Assembly (NCBI GenBank): GCA_963796685.1
Contig: CAWCMR010000006.1
Location: 128,001-192,000, forward strand
From: an uncultured delta proteobacterium
GTDB taxonomy: Bacteria > Myxococcota_A > Polyangia > Fen-1088
Reading direction: 5' to 3'
DNA: 64,000 bases
In this document: in pieces, positions 1 to 9,684 of the stretch
How positions within the stretch are numbered: the stretch's first letter is position 1
Layout of the letters: every line of letters begins with the position of its first letter
Made by a program: the position numbers and the translations under genes
The notes under the pieces: generated by a model
What the model was told of the DNA's origin: nothing
Databases searched by the model: none
Seen by the model: the letters and a program-made list of their open reading frames with translations, nothing else

Positions 1-64
1 CGGCAGCGGTCAGCTTCTTGGCGTCCTTCTGGGCCTGCTTCACAAAAACGAGCGACCAGCTCAC
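1..64 (-). CDS. yoeB: Txe/YoeB-family toxin, N-terminus (runs off window start)
   Basis: GTG at 64-62 overlaps the antitoxin stop (GTGA); translates [21 protein letters not shown], typical Txe/YoeB N-terminus. Confidence 0.8.
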   Translation of the reverse strand, partial: MSWSLVFVKQAQKDAKKLTAA

Positions 65-303
65 CACTTAAGAGTCTTGCTGGTCGAGGAGAGAGGCGTC
101 TTGAGACCCTTGCGGATGGATTCGCGCATGCCAGGAATCGAAAGCAGATACAACGTTTCCTGCACCGCACGCCAGTCCTCCTCGCTGACCAGCACAGAGC
201 TGCGATGGCGGCCATTAATCTGGATGGGCTCATGCGAATGAGCTGTCTGTTCCATCAACCTGAACAGATTGGCTCGAGCTTGGCTGGCGCTGAGTGACGT
301 CAT
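61..303 (-). CDS. yefM: Phd/YefM-family antitoxin (80 aa)
   Basis: [29 protein letters not shown]...[27 protein letters not shown]; GAGGAG RBS upstream. Confidence 0.9.
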   Translation of the reverse strand: MTSLSASQARANLFRLMEQTAHSHEPIQINGRHRSSVLVSEEDWRAVQETLYLLSIPGMRESIRKGLKTPLSSTSKTLKW

Positions 304-323
304 GAGGTACTCCTCAGAGACTT

Positions 324-339
324 GTACCATAAGTGGTAC
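324..339. promoter_or_regulatory. Candidate TA autorepression operator GTACCA-N4-TGGTAC
   Basis: Inverted repeat ~20 bp upstream of the antitoxin start; GTAC-core palindromes are typical YefM-family operators. Confidence 0.6.
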
Positions 340-355
340 GTCTTGGCCATCGTTT

Positions 356-390
356 CGAGGCGCTGCGAGGCGCTGCGAGGCGCTGCGAGG
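356..390. repeat. 10-bp tandem repeat CGAGGCGCTG x3.5
   Basis: Read directly from sequence. Confidence 0.9.
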
Positions 391-446
391 CTGTGATTCG
401 CGTGGCGTGTTCTTGGGCTTGCCCTTGCCGTAGGCGTGCGTGAGCG

Positions 447-698
447 GCGTGGTCCCGGTGCGACCGAGCGGGGTGACGGTGGCCGATGGAGGGTCAAGCT
501 GGCTTCCGCGGCGCGCGCACCTTCGCGCTGTAGCTCGGCCGCGCGGCCGTGACGGGCGAGCGTGTAGTAGAGCAGCGGGACGGTCAGGCGAGACAGCAGG
601 GGGGCTGCCACCTGGCCGGCCATGAGCGCGATGACCAGGCCCTGGAAGATGGGATCGGCGAGCATGACCGCGCTTCCGACCAAGACCGCGGTGGCCGT
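447..698 (-). pseudogene. Diverged duplicate of the 3' end of the RND transporter gene (matches 3522-3777)
   Basis: Encodes [29 protein letters not shown]...; my hand alignment gives ~25 mismatches plus a 1-bp and a 3-bp deletion over ~256 bp. Confidence 0.9.
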
Positions 699-1421
699 CG
701 ACGGCACGGGCGAGATCACTCTGCAGGCCACCCAGGATAGCTCCGGCCTGCACGTCACGCTACCGAGCACGCAGCCGTATACAGCCCTCGCCTATGCCAT
801 CAAGATCAGCAAGAGTGGCACGGCGCCCGCCGCGACGCCGTGGATCACGCCCCCGTCTACCGGCGATGGCGGTGTGGGCGGAGCTGGCGGCAGCGGGAGC
901 GCGGATAGTGGCACCACCGGGTCGGGCGGCGGCGCGGGCGGCCGCGGCGGCGCGGGGGGTGCCTCAGCGGGTAGCAGCGGAGCAACCGGCAGCGGTGGGG
1001 CGGCGACGGGGGGACGGGCACAGCCGGCTCGATAGGCACTGGCGGTGCGGGCACTGGCGGTGCGGGTGCGAGCGGCTCGATGGGCACTGGCGGTACAAGC
1101 ACACCCGGTAGCCTAGGAGGAGCCTCGGGCGGCGACGGAGCGAGCGCCACGGGCGGCGTCGCCGGCAGCGCCGGTGGGGCAGTCGCTTCGGGAGGGAGCG
1201 GCAACAGCGGGGCGGCCGCATGTGCGGGCGGGATCGGTGGCGCAGGTGGGGGCTGAGGCTCGGGTTACGGTGGTTCTGCCGCGGGCGTCACGAGCACCAG
1301 GCAGACCAGCTCATCTTCCGGCTGTTCCTGCGCGATTCAGGGCGCTCGGCGGACGAATACCGGCGGCATCGCGTTGCTCGGGTTCGCCGTGGCGTTACGC
1401 ATTGGTCGTCGTCGTCGCTGA
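699..1421 (+). pseudogene. 3' fragment of a secreted MYXO-CTERM protein (GH29 fucosidase C-terminal-like segment + Gly-rich linker)
   Basis: [25 protein letters not shown], Gly/Ser/Thr linker, then SSSSGCSCAIQGARRTNTGGIALLGFAVALRIGRRRR*; frameshift at G6 run 1008-1013, in-frame TGA at 1254-1256, no N-terminus. Confidence 0.7.
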
Positions 1422-1449
1422 ATCCAAGGGCGCGGAACCGCGCCATCCC

Positions 1450-1620
1450 GCCCCCATCTGTGTGAACAGGTTCCTTTCGAAGTGCATGTGATTGGCGTTC
1501 GTGACGCTGACGCCGGCAGCCGGCCTTCCCACAGCCTGATTGTTGTTGGCATCCGCCGTCAGGTTGTACTGGCCCGCTTGCCCGTCGGTGCCGTCACAAA
1601 CACGTTCGCCGGACAGCTTT
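1450..1620 (-). pseudogene. Internal fragment of a right-handed beta-helix (pectin lyase-fold) protein
   Basis: AGQYNLTADANNNQAVGRPAAGVSVTNANHMHFERNLFTQMGA resembles secreted beta-helix carbohydrate-active proteins; no start or proper end. Confidence 0.5.
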
Positions 1621-1621
1621 G

Positions 1622-1975
1622 TCAGGGCGTGCCCGCTGCGACCGGGTCGAGACACGCGTCGATGTGGTAGGGCCAGGAGGGCACCCCGTTCGGGAAGTCC
1701 CGCGAGAAGGACGCGAACCCGGACTTGGTGAAGCTGACTGTGGCCGCCTCGCCCGAGGGCTTGTTCAGCCCCACGAAGAAGTGGCCGTTCTCGTCGGTGC
1801 TGGTCGTCTCCGTCTCCGGCCCTTCCCAGGCTCCAGGGTCGGTCGTCACCACCACCTCCGCGCCTGCTATCGGCGTCGCCGTCACGCACTGCGTGATATT
1901 CCCCTCGACCTGAAAGAACGTGTCACAGCCCGAGAGGACCGCAGCGAAGCCGAACAACAAGAGCAAACGACGCAT
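1622..1975 (-). CDS. Small lipoprotein with carboxypeptidase-regulatory-like (transthyretin-like) domain
   Basis: Lipobox MRRLLLLFGFAAVLSG-C; PIAGAEVVV...TSTDENGHF pattern. Confidence 0.7.
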   Translation of the reverse strand: MRRLLLLFGFAAVLSGCDTFFQVEGNITQCVTATPIAGAEVVVTTDPGAWEGPETETTSTDENGHFFVGLNKPSGEAATVSFTKSGFASFSRDFPNGVPSWPYHIDACLDPVAAGTP

Positions 1976-2200
1976 TCCCGTAGGGGACAGCAAGATCGTT
2001 GCCACCGGAGAAAGTCCGGAAAACCGTCAGCCAAGCTCCGACGATCCAGGGCAACCATGTCAGGCCCAGTTGATCGAAGACGGGCTTTGCCCCCATCGGA
2101 GTACGTACCTCCCTGCATACACTTCGCGTGGCACCGGCGGGACGGCGGGACTCCGACAGCGACGTCATACCGGATTGCATGCGCCGCGCTTTACCGCCTT

Positions 2201-2318
2201 GCCGTGGAGAAGCCCCACAAGGCCAAGTACGTGATCGACCCAGGCGTCAGTCAGAAGGCGCAGGCGCGCGTGCTTGAGATGCTCAAGTCCTATCCGCTCT
2301 ATCCCGAGCTGGGCGTGC
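2201..2318 (+). pseudogene. Probable C-terminal fragment of serine hydroxymethyltransferase (GlyA-like)
   Basis: KAKYVIDPGVSQKAQARVLEMLKSYPLYPEL resembles the SHMT C-terminal helix + (F/Y)PLYPEL; nothing upstream resembles the rest of GlyA. Confidence 0.55.
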
Positions 2319-2333
2319 CCGCTACGCCCGCTC

Positions 2334-3152
2334 TCAATTCCTCATGCAGCTCGCATCATGGTACGCAGCTGAGCATGTCGAGCCTGCCGGACAGGGTGGA
2401 TCCTGCCGCACCACATAGCCGTAACGGCACTCGCTGATCACGCTACCCTTGCAGGTGTAGTAGTCGGGATCATCAGGCGGGCAGGCCGGATCGGGCATTG
2501 AGGTCATTGTGCAGAAGTCAGAGTGATTCGGTTTGGGAATACAGAGGCCAGTCGATGGGCACGGAAAGGCGTAGGTGGCATACCCGCGCTCGCACTCCAG
2601 CAGCCGATTGCCATCACAGACCACGTAGCTCGCAGCCGCGTCCGCGTTCGCGCACAGGGGGTTGGGCGTAGGATCCACGGCACAATCCACCCATGTAGCG
2701 ACCGTTATGCAATAGCCAGATGCGGCCCTGGGTGAACCGGTCACCACCGTGTCCCCCCAGGTCTGACCAGTCGAGCAGTCGAAGGTGGACTCGACGTAAC
2801 CCTGATGGCAGGCGATCACCTCGTTGCCGCTGCAGTAGAGGAGATTGGTAGCGCCCGCCTTCTCCGTGCAGCTTGGGTCAGGTTCCTCTGTTTGTGCGCA
2901 AAACGGATTCCGGTCGGCAGGGTCGGTTGATAGGTGACAAAAGCCATCGCCGCAATCCTCCGTGTACCACGCTAGGGTGGGATCGTCGGAACCGCGCGGC
3001 TCGCATATCTGCGCCAATTTGCCGTTGCACCTGACTGCGTCCACGGAGCATTCGTCAAAGTTGCAGCCATTGCCCGCAGTCGCGAGCGTGAGCAGGAGGA
3101 AGCAGGCCACGCGCTGTCTCCCGATACGGAGATGATGGAGCATTGATATCAT
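2334..3152 (-). CDS. Cys-rich secreted/lipoprotein with repeated CxG-x4-C-xxGY modules
   Basis: Hydrophobic signal ending ...TAGNG-C; repeats YCSGNEVIACHQGY, VCDGNRLLECERGY, TCKGSVISECRYGY; start uncertain (3152 or 3143). Confidence 0.65.
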   Translation of the reverse strand: MISMLHHLRIGRQRVACFLLLTLATAGNGCNFDECSVDAVRCNGKLAQICEPRGSDDPTLAWYTEDCGDGFCHLSTDPADRNPFCAQTEEPDPSCTEKAGATNLLYCSGNEVIACHQGYVESTFDCSTGQTWGDTVVTGSPRAASGYCITVATWVDCAVDPTPNPLCANADAAASYVVCDGNRLLECERGYATYAFPCPSTGLCIPKPNHSDFCTMTSMPDPACPPDDPDYYTCKGSVISECRYGYVVRQDPPCPAGSTCSAAYHDASCMRN

Positions 3153-3181
3153 GGCGGACGCGGCAAGGATCGGTCCAACCT

Positions 3182-3285
3182 CCCGTCGTGTCCAAAAATC
3201 CATCGCAGCAGTGGTCATGCGGCCTCGGGGTAGTAGTAGTTCAACATCTCGCCGAGGCGAGACCGGCAGACGACCTTGCCCTGAG
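3182..3285 (-). mobile_element. End of an integrase-core (rve) type IS: transposase C-terminus plus probable terminal sequence
   Basis: GKVVCRSRLGEMLNYYYPEAA* (3280-3215) fits the CR(E/S)RLGG(L/M)LxYYxRxAA end of rve transposases; followed by GATTTTTGGACACGACGGG. Confidence 0.65.
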
Positions 3286-3369
3286 CGCGTTTCGTGCTCG
3301 TCGCCCCATGCCTGGAGGAAGTTGCGAGGAGAGGTTGTCGGCGGGCGCGGGCGCGGGCGCGGCGGACGA

Positions 3370-3438
3370 GGGGACGACTTCGCTGCGTGAAGTGGCGTGT
3401 GACGAGAGTACGCCAAAATATCTGACGGTATTTCGTCG
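3370..3438 (-). mobile_element. IS91-like (Y2 rolling-circle) transposase remnant
   Basis: RRNTVRYFGVLSSHATSRSEVVP matches the xVRY(H/F)GVLxxxxxxRxxVVP motif of IS91-like transposases. Confidence 0.6.
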
Positions 3439-3516
3439 TCGAAGATCTTGAGGCGGTCTTTGGCGGTCACGACCCAAGCTTACACCCTGTGGGGTCGAGA
3501 GCTGATGCGGTTGCTC

Positions 3517-6500
3517 CTACAGCGTGGTCCCGGTGCGACCGAGCGGGGTGACGGTGGCCAGATGAAGGGTCAAGCTGGCTTCCTCCGCTGCGCGTGCCCC
3601 TTCGCGCTGCAGCTCGGCCGCTCGGCCGTGACGGGCGAGAGCGTGGTAAAGCAGCGGCACGGCCAGGCGGGAGAGCAGGGTGGCCGCCACCTGGCCGGCC
3701 ATAAGTGCGATGGCCAGGCCCTGGAAGATGGGGTCGGCCAACATGACCGCGCTGCCGACCAAGACGGCGGCGGCCGTGAGCACCATGGGACGGAAGCGGA
3801 CCACGCCAGCTTCCTCGACGGCCAAGGCCAGCGGCATGCCCTCGCGCAGCTTGAGCTCGATGAAATCCACCAGGATGATGCTGTTGCGTAGGATGATGCC
3901 GGCACCGGCGATGAAGCCGATCATGCTGGTGGCGGTGAAGAAGCTGCCCATGGCCCAGTGGGCGGGGATGATGCCGATGAGCGATAGCGGAATGGGAACC
4001 AGAATGACCAGTGGGACCGTGAAGCTCTGGAACCAGCCCACGACCAAGACGTAGATCAGGATCAGGACGGCGGCGAAGGCGAGACCGAGATCGCGGAACA
4101 CCTCCAAGGTGATGTGCCACTCGCCGTCCCACTTGATTGAGGGGTGCTCGGTGTCGGACGGCAGGTTCAGCCCGAAGCGCGGCACGACCTCGCCCGAGGC
4201 GCTGCGCAGGTTGTCGAGCTTCTTGTTGAGGGCAGCCAGGGCGTAGACCGGGCTCTCGATGGTGCCGGCCAGGTCGCCAAAGACGTAGGACACGGGCATG
4301 AGGTTCTTGTGAAAGATGTCGGGGTCGGCGAATCCGGCGGTGGAGTGCACCAGCTCGGAGAGCGGAACCGGACCGCGAACCCCGGGCACCGTCAGTTGCA
4401 GCAATTGATCGATGCGGCTGCGCTGGGCTGGGGCGAGCTGCAGGATGATGGGGATCTGATTGGCGCCGTGCCCGCCGTGGAAGAGCCCGAGTTGCGCGCC
4501 GTAGCCGGCCGCGGCCAGGGTCTGCACCACCGCCGCCGGCGCCACCCCGTGCAGGGCGGACTTCTCGCGATCGATGTCGATGGAGATCTTGGGTGTCGTC
4601 GGGTTCAAGGTCGAATCGATGTCGACCACGCCCGCGGTGGAGCGAAAGGCCGCCAGCGTCTCGCTCGCCAGGCGATCGCGCTCTGCCACGCTGGGTCCGT
4701 AGACCTCGGCGACGAGGGTGTCGAGCACCGGCGGGCCGGGCGGAATCTCGACCAGCTTGAGCCGGCCGCCCTTGGCGTTTGCAATCGCTTCCAGCGCCGG
4801 CCGCAGACGCATGACGATGGCGTGACTTTGCGTCTTGCGCTTGCCCTTGGGCACCAGGTTCACCTGCAGATCGACCTGCTCGGGCGCGTCCCGGAAGAAG
4901 CTGTGGCGAACCATGCCCACGAACGTGAAGGGCGCGGCCACGCCGGCGTAGACTTGAACATCCAGCGCCTCGGGCTCTTCCAACACCCGGCGCGCCAGAG
5001 CCTGGCCGACGACGAAGGCATCTTCGCGGGGCGTTCCCGCGGGCATGTCCAGTTGAACCTGGAATTCGGCCTTGTTGTCGAAAGGCAACATCTTGACCTT
5101 GACCGTGCCGGCCACCACCAGCGACGCGGCGCCGCCGAGGAGCAAGACCAGCCCGCCGACGAACCCCCAGCGGGCCACCTTCGATCCCAAGAGCCGCCGG
5201 GTGATGCTCCGGTGCATTCGCGTCCAGATGGTTTCCGGCCGCGTTTCGGGATGGGCGGTGACGTCATCCTTCTCGGGTGCCGGCTCTTCATAGTTTGGAT
5301 CCGCGGGGTGCAGCCCGGTCGCGTCGGTTTCGCCCAGATGCGCTTCCTTGCGAAAGACTTTCATGGCCGCCCACGGGCTGACGATGAAGGCGATGGCCAG
5401 CGAGAACATCATGGCCACACTGGCGCCGATGGGAATGGGGCGCATGTACGGGCCCATCAGGCCGCGTACCAGGGCCAGCGGCAAGATGGCGGCCACCACC
5501 GCGAAGGTGGCCAGGATGGTGGGATTGCCGACCTCGTCCACGGCCTCGATCACGGTGCGCGCGAAGCTGCGTTTGGGTCCAGGTAGATAGAGGTGGCGGT
5601 GGACGTTTTCGACCACGACGATGGCGTCGTCCACCAGGATGCCGATGGAAAAGATGAGGGCGAACAGGGTCACGCGGTTGAGCGTGTAGCCGAACAGGTA
5701 GGTGAGCAGCAGGGTCAGCGCCAGCGTGACCGGAACCGCGATGGCCACGATGACCGCCGAGCGCCAGCCCATGGCCAGCAGGATGAGCGCGATGACCGAC
5801 AGGGTGGCGATGAGCAGGTGCTCGATGAGCTCGTTCGACTTCTCGCCCGCGGTTTCGCCATAGTTGCGGGTCACGTCCACCGTGATGGACGACGGGATAA
5901 GCCGGCCCTTGAGCGCCTCGACCTTGGCCAGCACGCGCTTCGCCAGATCGGTGGCGTTGGTGCCGGGCCGCTTGGACACGGCGATGGCCACGGCCTGCTC
6001 GAAGCCGGGCTGCCCCTTCTTCGCAGTCACCACCATGGCAGGCTCGGGCTCGGGACCGTCCGTCACGCGCGCCACGTCCTCCAAATACACTGGGCGCTCT
6101 CCGCGCGTGGCCACGACCACGCGGCGCAAATCGGCGGCGGACAGCGCGTAGCCCCTGGCCTCCAGCTCGACTCGCTTGTCGGCGTCGACCAGCGCGCCCG
6201 CGGGCAGTTGCGCCTGCGCGGCGCGCAGGGCCGGATCCAATTCGGCCAACGAGACTTGCAACGTACGCAACCGCTCGGGATCGGGCTCGATGCGCACCAC
6301 GCGGCGGGCGCCACCGAGCACGCGCACCTGGGCCGTCTGCGGCACATCGGCCAACTCGCGCGCCACCTCGTCAGCCACGGCACGCAGCACGCCGGGGGCC
6401 TGAGCCTTCCCGTCTTGGCCGTGCAGGGTCAGGTTCAGGAACGGAACGTCGTCGATGGTCAGCAGACGAACCACCGGCTGCAAGGCGCCGGCGGGCATCA

Positions 6501-6888
6501 GCTCGGGGTGCGCGGCCAGCTCCTGATGAACCTTGACCAGGCTGGGCTCGAGCGGTTCATTGACCTTGAAGCGAATGGTGAGCAGGGCCGCTCCTGGCCT
6601 GCTGGTGCTGTAGAGGTACTCGACGCCGGGCAGGCCCCACATGCGGCGTTCGAGGGGCGTGGTGAGCTGAGATTCGACCTCGGCCGGGGTGGCGCCGGGC
6701 ATGGGCACGATGACATCCACCATGGGGACGACGATCTGCGGTTCCTCCTCGCGCGGCGTGAGAAAGACCGCCGCCAGGCCAAGCAACAGCGACGCGACGA
6801 CGATGAGCGGTGTGAGCTTGCTGCGCAGAAAGGTCTGCGCGACCCTGCCTGCGAAACCAATTTCTCGCGTGCGCGTTTCAACGGCCAT
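3517..6888 (-). CDS. RND efflux transporter permease (AcrB/AcrD/AcrF family)
   Basis: [47 protein letters not shown] motifs; ~1120 aa. Confidence 0.97.
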   Translation of the reverse strand: MAVETRTREIGFAGRVAQTFLRSKLTPLIVVASLLLGLAAVFLTPREEEPQIVVPMVDVIVPMPGATPAEVESQLTTPLERRMWGLPGVEYLYSTSRPGAALLTIRFKVNEPLEPSLVKVHQELAAHPELMPAGALQPVVRLLTIDDVPFLNLTLHGQDGKAQAPGVLRAVADEVARELADVPQTAQVRVLGGARRVVRIEPDPERLRTLQVSLAELDPALRAAQAQLPAGALVDADKRVELEARGYALSAADLRRVVVATRGERPVYLEDVARVTDGPEPEPAMVVTAKKGQPGFEQAVAIAVSKRPGTNATDLAKRVLAKVEALKGRLIPSSITVDVTRNYGETAGEKSNELIEHLLIATLSVIALILLAMGWRSAVIVAIAVPVTLALTLLLTYLFGYTLNRVTLFALIFSIGILVDDAIVVVENVHRHLYLPGPKRSFARTVIEAVDEVGNPTILATFAVVAAILPLALVRGLMGPYMRPIPIGASVAMMFSLAIAFIVSPWAAMKVFRKEAHLGETDATGLHPADPNYEEPAPEKDDVTAHPETRPETIWTRMHRSITRRLLGSKVARWGFVGGLVLLLGGAASLVVAGTVKVKMLPFDNKAEFQVQLDMPAGTPREDAFVVGQALARRVLEEPEALDVQVYAGVAAPFTFVGMVRHSFFRDAPEQVDLQVNLVPKGKRKTQSHAIVMRLRPALEAIANAKGGRLKLVEIPPGPPVLDTLVAEVYGPSVAERDRLASETLAAFRSTAGVVDIDSTLNPTTPKISIDIDREKSALHGVAPAAVVQTLAAAGYGAQLGLFHGGHGANQIPIILQLAPAQRSRIDQLLQLTVPGVRGPVPLSELVHSTAGFADPDIFHKNLMPVSYVFGDLAGTIESPVYALAALNKKLDNLRSASGEVVPRFGLNLPSDTEHPSIKWDGEWHITLEVFRDLGLAFAAVLILIYVLVVGWFQSFTVPLVILVPIPLSLIGIIPAHWAMGSFFTATSMIGFIAGAGIILRNSIILVDFIELKLREGMPLALAVEEAGVVRFRPMVLTAAAVLVGSAVMLADPIFQGLAIALMAGQVAATLLSRLAVPLLYHALARHGRAAELQREGARAAEEASLTLHLATVTPLGRTGTTL

Positions 6889-7882
6889 TGACGATCTCCA
6901 CCGCTTGCTCGTCGCGAATTCCACCCGGCGCATCGATGACAGCGTCGTTCAGGGAGAGGCCCGCCCGCACGACCACGTCCGTACCGGACGCCTCGCCCAG
7001 CGACAGCCAGCGCAGGCGGGCGTGACCGTCTTCGGCCACGAATACTCCGGTCAAGTCGCCGCGCTGGACGAGCGCGGATTTCGGAACTCTCCGCTCCGTC
7101 GGCTGGGGGCCGCCCGGGATCTGGATGCGAGCGAACGCACCCGAGCGAAAGTCGGAGGCGTGCTCGGTGACCTTGGCGCGCAGCGCTCGCCGGTGCGACA
7201 GCGCATCGCCGCCGGGGGTAAGCGCGGTGATCTCGGCCTCGCCGTGGTGGCCATCCGCCTCGAGCTTGATCCGCTGGCCGATGTGGAGCGTCGCCGCTTC
7301 CTCTTCGGACAGGGTCGCCTGCACTTCCAGATCGGGGCCCTCGATTTCGACCAGCGGCTGGCCCGGGCCGACGAAGTCGCCGGCGCTCACCCGGCGCGCT
7401 TGGACGACGCCCTCGAAGGGGGCGCGCAGCTGCGTATAGGCCAGACTGGCCCGCGTGCCTGCGACTGCAGCGGCCGCCTGCGCGCGTTGGGCCTGGGCGG
7501 ATTCGAGCTCGACCGGCGTGGCGGCACGCTGACGGGTGAGCTCGGCGATGCGCCGTTCGTACGCCGTGGCGTTGGCGAGAGCCGTGGTCGCCGCCGCGAC
7601 CTGGGCCTGGACGTCGTCATTCGACAGGGTCACCAGGAGTTGCCCGCGCTTCACACGCGTGCCCTCGGTCACGAGCACCCTCTCGACCGTCGCTGCCAGG
7701 CGCGTGGACACCGTGGCCCGGTGCACGGGCGCCAGGGTGGCCGCGTAAAGCGGAACGGTGTCGCCAGTCGCGGCTTTCGCCAGCCGAACGGTCACCGGAC
7801 GCGGTTCGGCCCGGACCTGACCTGCCTGGGCCAAGGTGATGGCGAGCGCGAAGGCCGCGCCGGTAAGGATGGAACGGATCAT
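6878..7882 (-). CDS. RND periplasmic adaptor (MFP)
   Basis: Signal peptide; lipoyl-like VTEGTRVKRGQLL and LRAPFEGVV...GDFVGPGQPL; overlaps RND start. Confidence 0.95.
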   Translation of the reverse strand: MIRSILTGAAFALAITLAQAGQVRAEPRPVTVRLAKAATGDTVPLYAATLAPVHRATVSTRLAATVERVLVTEGTRVKRGQLLVTLSNDDVQAQVAAATTALANATAYERRIAELTRQRAATPVELESAQAQRAQAAAAVAGTRASLAYTQLRAPFEGVVQARRVSAGDFVGPGQPLVEIEGPDLEVQATLSEEEAATLHIGQRIKLEADGHHGEAEITALTPGGDALSHRRALRAKVTEHASDFRSGAFARIQIPGGPQPTERRVPKSALVQRGDLTGVFVAEDGHARLRWLSLGEASGTDVVVRAGLSLNDAVIDAPGGIRDEQAVEIVNGR

Positions 7883-9228
7883 GGTCGTACTCCTTCGATG
7901 GGTTTTCCGAATGCGAATTGAAGCTGTGCCGCCGCGACTCTGGCGTCGTACTCGCTGCGCAGAAGCAGCGCCCGCGCGCCGGCCAGGCCCGCTTCGGCGT
8001 CGAGAACGTCGGTGAGGGGAAGCAGCCCCTGGCGATGGCGGGCCATCCGCAAGGCGCGCGCGGATTCGGAGGCAGCCACGGCTTCGCGCGCGGATCGTCC
8101 CCGCGAGCGTGCCGAGGCCAGTGCCCGCTGGGCCTCGTCGATCTCGAAGCTCGCCTGGCGTTCCTGCCAGCGCCGGGCGTCTTCCGCGGCGCTGGCGCGA
8201 AACGCGGCCGCGTCGGTTGTCCGCAGATCGGCCAGGGACAAGTGCCAACGGGCGACCAGTCCCAGGGTGTACCAGGTCGCGCCTTGGTCGAAGTCCGAGC
8301 GCAGGGTCTCCACCGTGGCCTGGGCCATGACCTCCGGGAGCAGGCTGCCTCGGGCGGCGGCGACCATCGCGTGGGCGGCCTCGGCGCGCAACCCGGCGGC
8401 TTCGAGATCGGGCCGCTTACCGTCGCTGCGCTCGAGGTTCGCCGGGACCTCTTCGACCACGAGCGGCGATCCGAGATCGCTCGTCGCCGCTTGCTCGCCG
8501 GCCAGCAGCACGAGCGTGGCGCGCGCCGAGGCCAAGCGTTGCTTGGCGATGCTGCTCTCCGCTTCTGCCTGCGCGCGGAAGGCGGTGGCCCGCGCCAGAT
8601 CGGCGTCGACCGCCAGTCCCTGCTGATTGCGAGAACGGGTGAAGGACTCTGTTTCGCGTGCTTGCGCCAGCACGTCGTCCGCGAAATTGAGACCCTCGGC
8701 CGCGACCTGTGCGCCGAAATAGGCCTGGACCACCTGCAGCGCCATCTCCTGCATGCGCCGCTGATGGGAAAGGGTCTCGGCCTGCATTTGCGCCGTGGCG
8801 GCGCGCCGGGCGGCGGTCAGGCGGCCGCCCATGTAGATGGGTTGCATGACGGTGGCCGCCAGGCCCACGCCACCCACGAGGTCGGGCGAATTCAGCCGGC
8901 TCGGGTCGAAATCCGAGGCCGCGATTCTTTGTTCGTCGAGCTTGATGCCGAAGGCCGCAACCGGCTCCTTGGTCGCAATGGCCTTTGCCGAAAGCAACAA
9001 GCTCGGCAAACGTCCATCGCGCGCACCGTCGGCGTCGGCTCTGGCCGCGGCTACCGCCTCGCCACTGCTGGCGAGAGCGGGGTTCTGCTTCCAGGTTGCG
9101 CGGATGGCATCTTCGACCGTGAAGGGCGCCGCGATGGCCGCGCTCGACAACGATAGAACCGTCGCGGCGAGGGCCGAGGTGTGGTGGACGAGTCGTGTCC
9201 GGTTTCCGGTGACATGTAGGATTCGCAC
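7879..9228 (-). CDS. TolC-family outer membrane efflux protein
   Basis: QPIYMGGR, VVQAYFG, GLLPLTDVLDAE motifs; ATGA overlap with MFP. Confidence 0.93.
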   Translation of the reverse strand: MRILHVTGNRTRLVHHTSALAATVLSLSSAAIAAPFTVEDAIRATWKQNPALASSGEAVAAARADADGARDGRLPSLLLSAKAIATKEPVAAFGIKLDEQRIAASDFDPSRLNSPDLVGGVGLAATVMQPIYMGGRLTAARRAATAQMQAETLSHQRRMQEMALQVVQAYFGAQVAAEGLNFADDVLAQARETESFTRSRNQQGLAVDADLARATAFRAQAEAESSIAKQRLASARATLVLLAGEQAATSDLGSPLVVEEVPANLERSDGKRPDLEAAGLRAEAAHAMVAAARGSLLPEVMAQATVETLRSDFDQGATWYTLGLVARWHLSLADLRTTDAAAFRASAAEDARRWQERQASFEIDEAQRALASARSRGRSAREAVAASESARALRMARHRQGLLPLTDVLDAEAGLAGARALLLRSEYDARVAAAQLQFAFGKPIEGVRP

Positions 9229-9286
9229 ACCCCTGGGAGCCGGGCTCGGTCGAAAGGATTCGTTCCAGACGGCGTCTTTCGAGGAA

Positions 9287-9547
9287 TCAGTCCCAGCCGC
9301 AAGTGCCGCCCGCGCAGCCGCCCGTGGAGGGAAGACCGCACGTGCCGGTGGAACAACCCTCGCTGGCGTAGTCGTCCCCGGCGCTCGACCCTCCGGTGCC
9401 GATGAACGTGCGTGAAAGGATGCGGCGGACCGGCTCGCCGGTGACCGGGTGCTTGGTGAGGGCGGGCTCGCTCATCTTCTGCGTGGTTTCGAAGATGCCC
9501 TTGGCGGTTCCGTCGCTGCGCAGGATTTCGTACTCGTAGATTGGCAT
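9287..9547 (-). CDS. FmdB-family zinc-ribbon-like protein with Cys-rich tail
   Basis: MPIYEYE...FETTQKMSEPALTKHPVTGEPVRRILS; tail GCSTGTCG...GCAGGTCG. Confidence 0.85.
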   Translation of the reverse strand: MPIYEYEILRSDGTAKGIFETTQKMSEPALTKHPVTGEPVRRILSRTFIGTGGSSAGDDYASEGCSTGTCGLPSTGGCAGGTCGWD

Positions 9548-9684
9548 GTTGGCTTGGCTCCAGATGGTTGAACGGATGGGTGAATGATGATTAGAGCCGA
9601 CATGACGGAAGAGGATTCGCGAGAATCGATAGTAGGTGGACGCGCATCGCGCGCACGGGAGGCGTGTGGTAGGGATCTGTGACG

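Noticed and set aside
61-753. 230-aa extended antitoxin fusion
   Set aside because: The extension is read-through from the frameshifted RND fragment; the RBS and operator support the start at 303
1254-1256. In-frame TGA as selenocysteine or readthrough
   Set aside because: Lies in a Gly-rich linker (likely GGA to TGA) of an already truncated, frameshifted gene
1-3516. Integron cassette array (TA pair plus small lipoprotein genes)
   Set aside because: No repeated attC-like RYYYAAC...GTTRRRY sites and no integron integrase seen
4144-9156. Long + strand ORFs opposite the RND/MFP/TolC genes (similar ones at 25061-27214, 33771-35492, 40723-42423, 47811-49895)
   Set aside because: Antisense shadow ORFs typical of high-GC codon bias; no recognisable motifs
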